A stretch of DNA of 64,000 nucleotides from an uncultured Spirochaetota bacterium (lineage in GTDB: Bacteria > Spirochaetota > Spirochaetia > SZUA-6 > Fen-1364), in assembly GCA_963781885.1 (NCBI GenBank), contig CAWAHW010000004.1, positions 736,001 through 800,000 on the forward strand, in the 5' to 3' direction. The notes beneath the pieces were generated by a model that was not told where the DNA came from, ran no database searches, and saw nothing but the letters and a program-made list of their open reading frames with translations. Position numbers and translations under genes: made by a program. Shown piece by piece: positions 11,531 to 22,253 of the stretch; position 1 is the stretch's first letter, and each line of letters starts with the position of its first letter.

Positions 11531-11853
11531 TGATTACCAGTCCGCAACTCGCCGATAGACTCGGCAAGTCGCGCAAAACCGTCGCGATGTACTGCCAGAA
11601 ACTCGGCATACCAAAGCTCGGAAGCATCTATGCAATGACGGAAGCGCAGGCCGCCCAGGTTGAGGCAGTCATGCATGAGCGGTCGGGCCGACCGCCTGGT
11701 CCGCAACCATGGATAGCCGAAGGCATTACACGTCAAGCCTGGCACTGGCGACAGAAGAAGCGTGAGCAGCCGCCAGAGGAAGCCACTACGAACCCCAAGA
11801 AAGGAAAAACGGCCACGGCCCCGCAGAAGAAGATCCTGAAACGCAAGAAGTAA
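11527..11853 (+). CDS. Small HTH DNA-binding protein
   Basis: ITSPQLADRLGKSRKTVAMYC HTH with a basic tail; GGAGGG RBS. Confidence 0.6.
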   Translation: MMITSPQLADRLGKSRKTVAMYCQKLGIPKLGSIYAMTEAQAAQVEAVMHERSGRPPGPQPWIAEGITRQAWHWRQKKREQPPEEATTNPKKGKTATAPQKKILKRKK

Positions 11854-11937
11854 ATGCTAGGCCTTTTGGGAACGCAATCTGACGAGTCTTGCATAATCCG
11901 ATAGTCGCCTGCGGCCACCTATGGCGCCTTCAAAGAT

Positions 11938-11965
11938 CAAAAAGTATCGCCGGCGATACTTTTTG
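11938..11965. repeat. Perfect 28-bp palindrome (copy 1 of 3)
   Basis: CAAAAAGTATCGCC|GGCGATACTTTTTG. Confidence 0.9.
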
Positions 11966-12193
11966 TCCGGGTCTGAGGGACGTGTAGGACAAGATAAAGG
12001 GTGTAAACGATTTTTCCTAATTCCTTTCTATATATAGAATTGAACTGTTAGCAGACTTTGTTTGTGTTAACAAAGTTTCGCTAAACCTTTACATCATAAT
12101 GAATTGGCTGTTAACACTTGCTTTCTTGTTGTCCGCTCGCTTTCACATCGCTCTATCGATGCTCTTGCTCAAGTTGGAACACCGCCTGGTCGA

Positions 12194-12211
12194 AGTATCG
12201 CCGGCGATACT
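12194..12211. repeat. Palindrome core (copy 2 of 3)
   Basis: AGTATCGCCGGCGATACT. Confidence 0.9.
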
Positions 12212-12357
12212 CGTTTACGGAAACTCCATCCTGCTCATAGTCGGAAGGAGTTAGGTGATCGGCCCGCAACGGCCCTCCGACAAGCGGACCCGCGTGTTTC
12301 ATAATCATAAGTTGTGCAACAGTCGTAAACCGACGGGTTGACAGGAGGGTGGCCAGG

Positions 12358-13384
12358 ATGACGGAGCAACGTGCCGGCAGGGCCTCCGCGCGAGACTCAC
12401 CTCGAGCGCCGCGTCGCCCAGCTCGCCGGGAGATGCCCGAGATTGCGGACCTCACGCCGGCCAGGTCGACAAGATCGCACAGGGCGTCGTCGTGGACGAG
12501 CTGAAGGCCGAGATGCGGCGGGCGATCGTCGCCGAGCGTGTTGACTGGCAGGCGGAGCGGGAAGCGTTCCTCAGCGATGCCAAGAGCACGCACACGCCGG
12601 AGGCCTACGGCGGGCCCTGGATCACCTCGGCACATGGCTCGAGCTGCACAACCTCCCGGCGGCGAACCTCACACCGCGCCTGGCCGACGATTTCATCCGG
12701 GACATGCGCGCAATGAGTGGAAGGACGCGGACAGCACGCGCCTGGTCGTGTCGGCCTGCAGCTCTTCTTCACATTCCTCGAGCGCCGCTTCGATGAGATC
12801 CGCAATCCCTTCCGGGATCCCGAGCTCGGCCGCGTCGACATGGACCGAGGCGGTGATCCCGACCGCCCGGAGCTGAGGTCCTGGCAGGCGGAGCCCGCCC
12901 TCGCCGCGGCCCTGGCGGTGGCCATCGAAACGGGGCTCCGCGTCGGAGGCCTCCCGGGGCTCAACGTACGGGAGGACGGGACCTGGCACACTGTCTCGAA
13001 GGCGCACCGCCTTCAGTCCGCGGAGCCGCTCTCTGCAGACGTCTGCAGCGCCTTTAGAGTCGCGCGGCTGGATCCCCGCCGGCCGTTTGACCCGGAGAGC
13101 TTCCCGCGAGGACCTGGACGGGTGGACGGAGAGACAAAGGGCAGCCCGGAGCGAGCTCCTCATCGCGTGGCTGAAGACGCGGCTCGCGCGGCTCTGCGCG
13201 CAGCTCCATGACGAGAGGGAAGATCTCCGCGGTCTACTCATGGCACGACCTTCGCCATGCGTTCGCCGAGCGGAACGCCGGCCGCGGCCTGGTGTGGCTG
13301 CGGGACCGGCTCGGGCACTCCAGCGTGAGCGTGACGGAGCGCTATCTGCGGAACGTGTTGAACGTGGACACGGGGAAGATGTAG
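12358..13384 (+). pseudogene. Tyrosine recombinase/integrase, multiply frameshifted
   Basis: Fragments in order: SAM-like (FFTFLERRFDEIRNPF), ETGLRVGGL (catalytic R), then YSWHDLRHAFA and LGHSSVSVTERYL (HxxR, H, Y). Start is approximate; frameshifts may be sequencing errors. Confidence 0.75.
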
Positions 13385-13395
13385 CCAGGGCCGCT

Positions 13396-15496
13396 TCAAT
13401 TCCGACCGTTGTCGGGTCGCCAGCCTTCCAGATACTTATCCACCAAAGCAAGGAGTGTAGTATCGTTCGGCTGGCTGATGGCCTTGAGGCGATCCAGTCT
13501 ACATCTGAAATTTTCCAAACTGCCGAACAGGAGCGATCATGGGATCCCACTGGAGCTGTTTGCGAGCGCGGATAGTCCGGCTGTTGGCCCCCTGACTCCG
13601 AGTTTCGCTGACCGCCGATCGCAAGATGGCGAGAGTGAGTTGCGGCGAATCTGGAATCTCGAATGGAGGCTGGCTACCTTCAGACCCTTCTCGCGCAAAA
13701 TGCAGCAAGCGGAAGAGATCCCATTCCGCCGCCAGAGCCTCGGCGGTTGCGCCTCGAATCTCTGCGCGGAGGCCGCGCTCGAGGTCCAGTGCAGCTGCTT
13801 CGGATATGAGCTTGTGCCCCGTCCCGTCACGGTGGCCCACCATGCCGATCAGGTCCAGTTTCCCGGATAAAGCCGCGACCTCTGGCAGTATCTTCCGAAC
13901 CGAGGCTTCAATTGCTTCAGCAGCTCCGGCCGGACCGCACGAGTCGATAGACTACTCGCCCAACAATAAAACGAGAATCGAACTCGAACATTCCAAGGGG
14001 ACGCTGCGGGATGGCAGGGATGATGTTCAAGAGAGCAATCGCTCCGGGTTCAACGTGCTCGAGTCGAAAGTTGTCCTGGAAGGTCTCCAAAGACGCGATC
14101 ACATCCTGCAGGCGCTCCGGGGTCGAGCGAGCGCAAATATTTATCGAATGCGGCCCTTGTCAGCCATCGTGCCAAATGCCTTGCCGGAATCATAGAAAGA
14201 CAAGAGGGATTCGCCAGGAATCCGTTCAATGTAGAGTCCGAAGATTTCTTCGTTTGCGACTCTGCGCGATTGGAGCCACCGGGCGCGGAACTCGCCACCG
14301 TAGTGGATCGCTCCGATATGCCGGTCCGCAGCAAGGAATACTCGATGGATCAGCGAACGAACGACGTATCCCTTATCCCCAGCTTTCTCGATGAGGTAGT
14401 TGATAGACGTCTTTAGGTGCTTTGGATCAGACATGTCTCCGTATCCCCCCCAAGTCGTTGTGAGAGCTTCCGTTGTCGCATGAAGCAGTCCGAACACGTC
14501 CGGCAAGAAAAGACGGATCGCCTCAAGAGCCATTACGTCAGCGAGCTCGATTTGCCCTTCGAGGGCCACCACCGCGCCCTTGACCGCCGCAGCATACTTT
14601 CGAACGTCGCGCATATTCCTTATGAGCGGTTGCACTATCTCCGTGAAGATGTCCGGCCAGAGCGCTTCGTTAAATGGCTCCATTTTTTGACCCGAAAGTG
14701 CGTTGTCTATCGCCGCGAGAGTCTGGCGCTGCAGGACTGCCGGCGGAATAGCGGGAAGGTCAAGCGATAGCTGCAGTATTTTCTCCAGATAGTCACGGCC
14801 TGGGACTCCTTCTTCGGTGAGCGCGATCTCAACCCGCTTCCGATCAAAGGCAACGATGTAGATAACGTTCGGAAAGTTTGCGGTCAACCTGATCAGCCTA
14901 AAGATGTCTCGGAGCTCAGAGGTAGACAAACGGTCGATATCATCCAGAACGACGACAATCGGACGGTTGAGCTTGAGCAGGCTTCTTCTCAAGTCTCGTT
15001 CTTTGGTTTGCGACGCCAGTCGTCATCCGTCCGAAGATCTTGCTTGCCAACTTCACCAAGGCTCCGAGGATGCCGGTCCACGGACCGGCAGGCGAGAGCG
15101 CCTCAACACCTGTGAAGATCTCGCCGTATTCCGCAATTTCCCGAGCGATCGCCTTGAAGCCGGGACGCAGCCGGAGTTGGGTCGTGAGCTCGTTGAAGAA
15201 TGAATCCATAAGCTGTTCCGTGCCGCTGAACATCCACGGATTGAAATCGAGAACAAGTATCCCAGAAGCGTCCAGCTCAATGCGGGCCAAGTTGATGAAA
15301 GAGGTTTTCCGGACCCCCAACTGCCAAGCACTCCGACCACTGCACCCTCATTTGCATCCATGGAAGCGATTTGGCGAGCGAATCGCCGGGCAGAATGAGC
15401 TCTGCCCAGCGCATCATCCTGGAGCCGCCGAATTGGGTTGTCATTCGGAACGATCTTAGCGTCTGTGTTCTTGGGATCCTTGTGAAGGTCGTTCAT
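13396..15496 (-). CDS. KAP-family P-loop NTPase, frameshifted
   Basis: DNPI..DALGR, Walker A GSWGSGK, FNPWMFS, Walker B VVLDDIDRL, YLEKILQL and RNMRDVRK across 4-5 ORF pieces; ends ...LVDKYLEGWRPDNGRN*. Confidence 0.85.
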
Positions 15497-15661
15497 AGCT
15501 TGCTCTCCGCTCCAACTTATTGTGATCCACACTGAAATAAGGCAGACGGCTCCAGTTCAGAGGGGTCGAATCATTTTTCTTCTTTCGAACGAATTCGTCC
15601 CCGACGAGCACACCCTATACCCGGTGAGAGTTTGGTACAAGGGAAAAGCCCCGTCGTCCAG

Positions 15662-15762
15662 CGGCACGCCTTCGCAAAGCAAAACGCCGAGGCGCGGCCT
15701 GATATGGCTACGAGACCGTCTCGGGCATTTCCAGTGTCAGCGTGACGGAGCGCTATCTGCGG
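15662..15762 (+). pseudogene. Diverged second copy of the recombinase 3' end
   Basis: Encodes RHAFAKQNA..RGLIWLRDRLGH..SVSVTERYLR. The 24 nt AGCGTGACGGAGCGCTATCTGCGG are identical to 13328-13351. Confidence 0.8.
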
Positions 15763-15880
15763 GAATTTTCCTAGGGCCCGCGGCGGACCGGCGCCCCCGC
15801 ACGGGTCGTGTGTCATAGGATGAGCTGGTCAGCGCGGGGCTGGAGGCGGGGATCCTGGCGTGCTCAGCGGGAACGATAGC

Positions 15881-17097
15881 TCAGACTAACCATTCCGCGT
15901 CTTGAATTACGGCCACATGATCGCCCTGCGCCCACCAATGCATGACTTTCATGTGCCTATCCTGAGAAATGACCAATGCGACACAATCCCGGTTCTGAGC
16001 GACGAACCGAGCGGCTGACTGGTGCCGTGTCCCGCCAACCTCAGATATCGGACTCAGCTCCGCATTCTGTTCGGCAGGAAGCGAACGAAAGATGCAAACG
16101 CTTTTCGCAACGTCCGCTTCAGTGGCTATTTTCGCTCCAAAGCCCAAGACTCCTAAATCCTTAGTAATCACAAGAGCGCCATCTACCCGTGCCAGTGATG
16201 CAACGCGACGGATTTCTGTCGGCAAGTTCCAAGCATCAACGGTGAGCGCACTCGAGAAGAATATTCTTGCTTCGTCGGTGATCCCCGCTTTTTTCAATTC
16301 TTCGAGCATCTTTCCGCCAGAAAATTGTCGCGTAAGGTTCTGCCTAATTGCGTCGTGTAGCGACAGATCAGGTGTTGCGAATCGATGAACAAATGGATTT
16401 AAGGACTCCGACCACGCGTCAGCTTCCCCAGGAACGATCAGGACGGTCCCGCCGTGCCCATCGCCGAGGATCAGCCTTCCAAGCTCTGCAAGGGTGTGGC
16501 TTTCTTGGCCTACTGCCTGAGTTTCAAGCATGTTATCAGGGGGAAACTGCTTCTTTAGAAGATTCAGCAGTATCACTTGTAGGTCGATACCCGTTCCTTC
16601 GACTATTGACATTGAATCTCGTTTGAAAACTGCGAACGTCTTGTAGGGGCCAAGTCCAACGCGCACTGTTCCAGGATCGGGCACCTCGAGAAGGACGCCG
16701 TCCGTCTGCATGCCCCCGCGTCTGCCGAATCCCCAAATCCTTAGTTCTTCAAGCGATCCATCAACGAGCAGGCAGCCTCCTGGAGGGGCGGCTGGGGCAA
16801 GCCTTTCGATTTGCGCCGCATCGTACGGCACCATCTGACCAAAGGCTATTGCACCAAGCACTTTCCCGGGATCCGCGACCGCGACAGAGAACGGGTCGGC
16901 CGCCCTTCATCAAAACTCAGGCCAGCCCAGAAAGCCGTGACGATGAGATCTGTAATCTGTTTCTTGCTGAGGAGTCTTCCCGAGCCAATAGGCGGGGGCG
17001 AGATCTTCACAAGATGGGCGTGTTGAGCGTGAAGCTTGTCGATACATTCGCCGCGGACTTCAAAGCCAAGAAACTGGTAGCCTTCTTTCACTTTCAT
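15881..17097 (-). CDS. DACNV-type sensor fused to DisA_N/diadenylate-cyclase-like domain; one frameshift near 16860
   Basis: RVDGALVI (DGA motif), GGTRHQSA (RHR-like) and VISQD. N-terminal AFWAGLSFDEGR resembles the DACNV sensor signature. Confidence 0.75.
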
Positions 17098-17107
17098 TGC
17101 CAGTATC

Positions 17108-17524
17108 CTACTCCTCACACAATCGCCGCCCGAGTATGCGATTCCCGATTGAGGTTTTTCGAGCTTCGAAATCCTTTCCGCCGAGATTCCCGTCCTGCCA
17201 GTCTCGATAGAGATCCCGAATGTCGTTGATGAGATCTGTGTACCGATTGGCCATCGTGGCGACTACCCCGCCTATCACATCTCCGGAGGAGAGCCGGAAG
17301 ATTCGCCACAATACCGATCTTTTCGAGTGCCCAATCACAGAAATGGATTCTCTGCCATTCCGAACAAGTGCACTGAAGCTTGATCGGTTGAACAGCAGCA
17401 ACAAACTTATGCTTTCCATCCGGACTTCCGAATATACAGCTGACTGCCATTCTTGCTCCCCTTTTCTTGGAAAAATGAGATGATTTCTGAGAAGAACTAC
17501 CCGTTTCCCTATCTTTTTTGACAT
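17108..17524 (-). CDS. Hypothetical protein (possibly frameshifted)
   Basis: ORF ends 10 bp upstream of the DAC gene on the same strand. Confidence 0.35.
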   Translation of the reverse strand: MSKKIGKRVVLLRNHLIFPRKGEQEWQSAVYSEVRMESISLLLLFNRSSFSALVRNGRESISVIGHSKRSVLWRIFRLSSGDVIGGVVATMANRYTDLINDIRDLYRDWQDGNLGGKDFEARKTSIGNRILGRRLCEE

Positions 17525-17788
17525 AACCTTAAATACTCTGTTACGGCAAGTCTATATGAATAGTAGATTTGGGTACATCGGAGTATGCGAGTGGGGAATC
17601 GAAAACGGCCCTAAAATTCTCGCGTGATGATTCTCAGCGACCCAGCGGAAAGTTGCCGAGGCAGTCGCGACCACAATGAGCGACAAGGGGCTCGAAGTCA
17701 AACTCCAGCATAAACGGAATGTGCGTACACTCGCCTTGTAGAGCATGCTTGAGTTCGGAATGCGCTACATGTTCCATGGAGACAGCAA

Positions 17789-18088
17789 CTAATCTCCGAT
17801 GTATCCATAATCTTGAATGAGCATGTCTCGAATTGTTTTCAAGTCTTCCTTGCTCGGCCCTCTTATGATTCCAAAAAGCATTGGGTTATCGGCATCGGAC
17901 AACCGGGTTCCAGCGTGTCCTGGCAGGAGAACAATGCTATTGGGGATTAAACGACACTTGGTCTTGGCATCCTGTGAGTCCTTTTCGATTTCTTTCCAAC
18001 TCCCGGCGTAGCAGTTGAACCAATGGTAGCCGCGCACTGCACTGTCTTGCTCGATGGCTGTAACTCGTTTTTGGCTTTCGTCTTCCAT
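17789..18088 (-). CDS. Hypothetical protein
   Basis: 99-aa ORF with protein-like composition. Confidence 0.45.
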   Translation of the reverse strand: MEDESQKRVTAIEQDSAVRGYHWFNCYAGSWKEIEKDSQDAKTKCRLIPNSIVLLPGHAGTRLSDADNPMLFGIIRGPSKEDLKTIRDMLIQDYGYIGD

Positions 18089-18236
18089 GGGAGGTCAATC
18101 TACTACGATTGAGATCAGCCGATCAACAACCCGCTGATCAACGCAGGTTCCTCCTCCATAAAATAGACTTGTCCCCCAACAATTATTTATTGTCAATTGC
18201 TTGATATTTAGCTTTCTACGTGATCTCTCTATTCGT

Positions 18237-19530
18237 ATGAGACACTTCTCTTTCAGGACAGCCGATTCCTTCGAACCCTCACTGCCAGCGGTGCGTCGCC
18301 CGAGAAAAGATTCTGGGGCGAGTCTGTACCGACTGTTCAGGCAGATCAACAGAGGCTTCGGACGTCACTCCGGCGGCGCCTCAGGTTCATCCAAATCGGA
18401 CAGCGACCGGCGGCAGCGGTGCATCGTCAAGGTAAGATATAGTCTCGGTGCAGGCTCTTTGCGAGCGCACCTCTCATACATCCAACGGAAGGGCTCGGGG
18501 AAGGATGGAGAGAAACCCGAACTATTCGGCAGCTCAGAGAAGTCCGAGCTGACCTCTGGCGAGGTGGGTAATCTGCGTCACTACCGCCTTGTGATCTCCC
18601 CTGAGAACGCCGAGGACTTGCCTCTACAGGTGCTTGCAAAGAAGCTCATCCATCGCATCGAGTATGATACAGGATACTCGTCTCTCCTGGGTCGCGGCCA
18701 TTCATGAGAATACCGAGCACGCCCATATTCACCTTGTGATCGGCGGCCAAGACAAGAACGGCCTTGAGGTTTCATTCAGCCGCAAGTACATATCCTCGCA
18801 AATGCGCGAGCACACCCGTAACATCCTTACCGAAGCCCTCGGGGAACGTCGGCCCATCCCCGAAGAGGAGCGCGTAAAGAAAGAGATCAAGGCTAATCGC
18901 TTCACAAGCCTCGATGAAGCAATCCAGATGGCTGCCAGGGCTGGCAGGCTATCGGTGAAGGCATTGCGAGTAGTCACTATGCCCGCAAAAGCTGATGCGG
19001 CCGTCGCCCGACTCAAGTTCCTTGAAGAGGTGGGGCTTGTGCACCGCGAAGGTCGCGATTATCACCTTGCAGCCAACTGGCAAGATTCGCTTGAGGTCTC
19101 GCGTCGGTTCGCGAGCTATCTTGGGGCAGCCAAGCAACTGAAGTTCACACCGCCCAGCCTTTTGCGTCTCTATTCTCCTGAAAAGGATGGCCGTATTGTA
19201 GGGCGGGTCAGCGCCATAGGACGGATCGATGAGCTTTCCAACAATAACTACATCCTTCTTGAGTCCATCGACGGACGAGCGTTCTATGTGCCACTTTTGC
19301 GAAGGCCGCAGGGAATCTCGGTCGGGGATTCAATCGCAATGATGAAATCACTTGAAGCCGGCTCCACCGCGCGCGGAAAACATCGGTCATCACCAAGCGG
19401 CCGACCATCTACAGCTTCAACCTACATGAGCCTTCTGGATGTACGCTATGCAAAACTGCCCGATGAGAAACTCAAGAGCGAGCTTACACGAGTTGGGGAG
19501 AAACGAAGCGGCTTCGGGCTTCAGCTATGA
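18237..19530 (+). CDS. MOBP (VirD2/DUF3363-type) relaxase; frameshift near 18690
   Basis: Motif I AHLSYIQRKG, motif II HYRLVISPE, motif III WVAAIHENTEHAHIHLVI; lies upstream of virD4. Confidence 0.88.
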
Positions 19531-19562
19531 CAACCTACTGGTAGCGCCGCGCTGGGCTTTAA

Positions 19563-19586
19563 AAAAGTATCGCCGGCGATACTTTT
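19563..19586. repeat. Palindrome (copy 3 of 3)
   Basis: AAAAGTATCGCC|GGCGATACTTTT. Confidence 0.9.
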
Positions 19587-19614
19587 CAAAGGCTTTAGTC
19601 TCGGTGTTTTTTTG

Positions 19615-19643
19615 TTGCACAATATAAAGCAGATGTATATAAT
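19615..19643 (+). promoter_or_regulatory. virD4 operon promoter with AATATAAAGCA in the spacer
   Basis: TTGCAC-17 bp-TATAAT. Confidence 0.7.
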
Positions 19644-19673
19644 TCGCAAACAAGGCACCTGAATAGGTCTGGA

Positions 19674-21650
19674 ATGCAAAGCAACATCCGCAAAAAGCCG
19701 AAGCCCAACTCAAATGTGAACCAGACCTTCGCTGTCTTTCATAAGGCCATTCCCTTGGCGCTCATCTTTGCAGGCCTTTGGGTCTCCACTCAGGCCTTCG
19801 CTGGAATGTGCAACTATTCATCCGTCCTTGGCCCTTGCTGGTTTCGCTACGGTCCTACGCCTGTCTATCGCCCGTGGATGCTGCTCGCCTGGGCCTACAA
19901 GTTCGCAAGCTGGAAGCCGGTGCATGAATACCTCTACCAGGCCAGCCTTTACCTTCTGGTCTTCTCAGCAATAGCGCTGGTGACCTATTTGGTCTTGAGC
20001 TTCTTTCGCGGCCTCAGTTCCAATACCGACAACCTCTACGGTACGGCCCGTTGGGCAACCGTTCGCGACCTGCGCCGTAACGGCCTACTCTTCGGCAAGG
20101 GCGTAATTTGCGGCCAGACCGCCAAAGCCGTTCTTCGGGCTGACGCCAAGACCGGCACCACGAAGTATCGCCTCCATCGTTCTGCCAGGATTATCAGCCA
20201 TGCAGGTGAGACCTCCACTCTCATGGTCGCCCCAAGCAGATCAGGCAAAGGCGTGAGCACGGTGATCCCCTCCCTTCTCTCATGGCCAGGCAGCGTCATC
20301 GTTTTTGATCCAAAAGCTGAAAACTGGCACATTACCGCGGGGTTCCGCCGCGCCTTCTCTCACACCCTCCGCTTCAGCCCCGTGCTCAAGGATTCAGTGC
20401 ACTTCAACATCCTCTCCGAGGTAAGGCCTGGTGAGAACGCGGTTCGCGATGCTGAGATCATCGCCGACATCCTCACCGCTCCCCAGGATGAAAGTGCGGC
20501 CAAGGGTGAGAACCAACAGCACTTCATCGACACGGCGAAGAACCTGCTCACGGGTGCGATATTGCACGTGCTTGCCTCACCTGAAATCAGGAACAAAACA
20601 CTCGGCGGGGTGCTGGATTTTCTCTCATCCTCTGCTTTGAATGCCGATGGCAAAGAGGACTTCGGTGCCGGCATCTGCAAACAAATGATATTCGGCGAAC
20701 ACCTTGGTGATTTGCACGCCGTTATCCAGAGCATCGGCAATCAACAGCTTGCGCGGGCGGATCGCGAGCGCTCGAGCGTTTTTTCTACCGCGGTCCGAGC
20801 AGTTCAGACCTTCAAGGATCCTCTCATCCGCAGAAACACATCGGAGAGCGATTTCACTCTCGAGGACTTCGCAAATTCAGCAAGCCCCATCTCATTGTAC
20901 CTGACCGTGCCCTATTCGGACATCGACCGCCTTTCCTCACTTCTGAGGCTACTCATATCCTTTATCATTCGACGTTTCGCAGAAGGTGAAACGCGCTACG
21001 GCGAAGTGAAGCTAAAGAATCGTATTCTTTTCCTTCTGGATGAGTTTCCCATTCTTGGCAGCTTTCCCTTCCTGGAAAAGACCATGGGATTGCTCACCGG
21101 CTATGGAATGTCTTTTCTTATCATCTGCCAAAGCCTCCAGCAGATCATCAAGCTTTACGGGCCGAACAACTCTTTCCTGGAGCACTGCAAGACTTGGATC
21201 ACCTATGCGCCTGGGGACCTCAATAGCGCCAAAACCTTTTCCGAGGTGACCGGCAAGGAGTCGATATGGAAGGAGAGCGTTTCAACAAGCGGCAGCAAGT
21301 TTGCCGTTGGCCTATCGCATCTGAACCTAAGCGGCAATGAGGTCGAGCGCAACCTCATCAATCCCGATGAGATCATGCGACTCCCGCCAACAGATCTGCT
21401 CGTTTTCGCACACGGTATGCCACCCTACCGTGGTAAGAAGATCATCTACTACCTTGACTCCCGCTTCAAACGCTTCGTTAACCTCCCTACCCCCGAGACG
21501 CGAGACGATATCCTCAGCGAGCTTCCACCAGCAACTTCTTCACGTAACGCTTGGAGCAACCTTGCAGACGAGGATTATGCAATCACTGAAACTCTTGAAG
21601 GTGGCGCCAGAGCGTATTCCCCTCAGAATGCAGGAAGGCGCTACTGGTAG
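19674..21650 (+). CDS. virD4: Type IV coupling protein VirD4/TraG (probably extends to 21804 via a frameshift)
   Basis: N-terminal TMs, YGTARWA, APSRSGKG, FDPKAE, FLLDEFPILG and ICQSLQQI. Confidence 0.93.
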   Translation: MQSNIRKKPKPNSNVNQTFAVFHKAIPLALIFAGLWVSTQAFAGMCNYSSVLGPCWFRYGPTPVYRPWMLLAWAYKFASWKPVHEYLYQASLYLLVFSAIALVTYLVLSFFRGLSSNTDNLYGTARWATVRDLRRNGLLFGKGVICGQTAKAVLRADAKTGTTKYRLHRSARIISHAGETSTLMVAPSRSGKGVSTVIPSLLSWPGSVIVFDPKAENWHITAGFRRAFSHTLRFSPVLKDSVHFNILSEVRPGENAVRDAEIIADILTAPQDESAAKGENQQHFIDTAKNLLTGAILHVLASPEIRNKTLGGVLDFLSSSALNADGKEDFGAGICKQMIFGEHLGDLHAVIQSIGNQQLARADRERSSVFSTAVRAVQTFKDPLIRRNTSESDFTLEDFANSASPISLYLTVPYSDIDRLSSLLRLLISFIIRRFAEGETRYGEVKLKNRILFLLDEFPILGSFPFLEKTMGLLTGYGMSFLIICQSLQQIIKLYGPNNSFLEHCKTWITYAPGDLNSAKTFSEVTGKESIWKESVSTSGSKFAVGLSHLNLSGNEVERNLINPDEIMRLPPTDLLVFAHGMPPYRGKKIIYYLDSRFKRFVNLPTPETRDDILSELPPATSSRNAWSNLADEDYAITETLEGGARAYSPQNAGRRYW

Positions 21651-21800
21651 CACCACGGGTGCCCTTGAGGTAAGTCCCGAGGTGATGCTGCACCCCGAGC
21701 AGTACTTTCCCCCGGATCCATTTGCAGGGGAAGCCTCCGGCGGTGAGAGTGATCCCGAGCTGGTCGACTCCCCCTTTGGACCGATCCACAGGGGAGAACT

Positions 21801-22253
21801 ATGAAGCGACGTTCTCCTACCACCGTAGTCGGTGTACGAATTGAAGATGGGCTTCTCACGCGAATCGATGATGTCGTTAGGTCGAACGGGAACTACAAAG
21901 ATCGATCTCAATTTCTTGGTGCAGCGCTTCGCGAGAAGCTTGTCAAAGATTTTGAAGATTCAGAGCTCCAGGCTATAGCGCTAAAGAAGATATCAAAGGA
22001 CATTCGCGTACTGGATGACAAGCTTTCGACGTTCATGGAACTTTTTGGAGAGTTCATTTTCGCCTTTTTCATGAGCAGCGCTCCCCTCCCCCTGGATGAC
22101 AAGAAGAAGCTCGCAGCCATTGCGATCCCCGCCAAAAATCAGTACGAGGCTTTCATAGAAAACTTCATCGACAAAACCAAGAAATCTTCCATAGGCCTGC
22201 TATCCAGGCTAGCCGCAGACCTGATTGAAGAGCAGAGCGAAAGTCATGGCTGA
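21801..22253 (+). CDS. CopG-like ribbon-helix-helix protein
   Basis: VGVRIEDGLLTRID..RSQFLGAALRE; occupies the usual position between traG and trbB. Confidence 0.7.
   Translation: MKRRSPTTVVGVRIEDGLLTRIDDVVRSNGNYKDRSQFLGAALREKLVKDFEDSELQAIALKKISKDIRVLDDKLSTFMELFGEFIFAFFMSSAPLPLDDKKKLAAIAIPAKNQYEAFIENFIDKTKKSSIGLLSRLAADLIEEQSESHG

Noticed and set aside
12358-13384. Recombinase as the integron integrase IntI
   Set aside because: It is 43 kb from the array, and no IntI-specific insertion is recognisable before the HxxR motif.
18090-18236. oriT upstream of the relaxase
   Set aside because: The position and AT-richness fit, but no nic motif could be identified.
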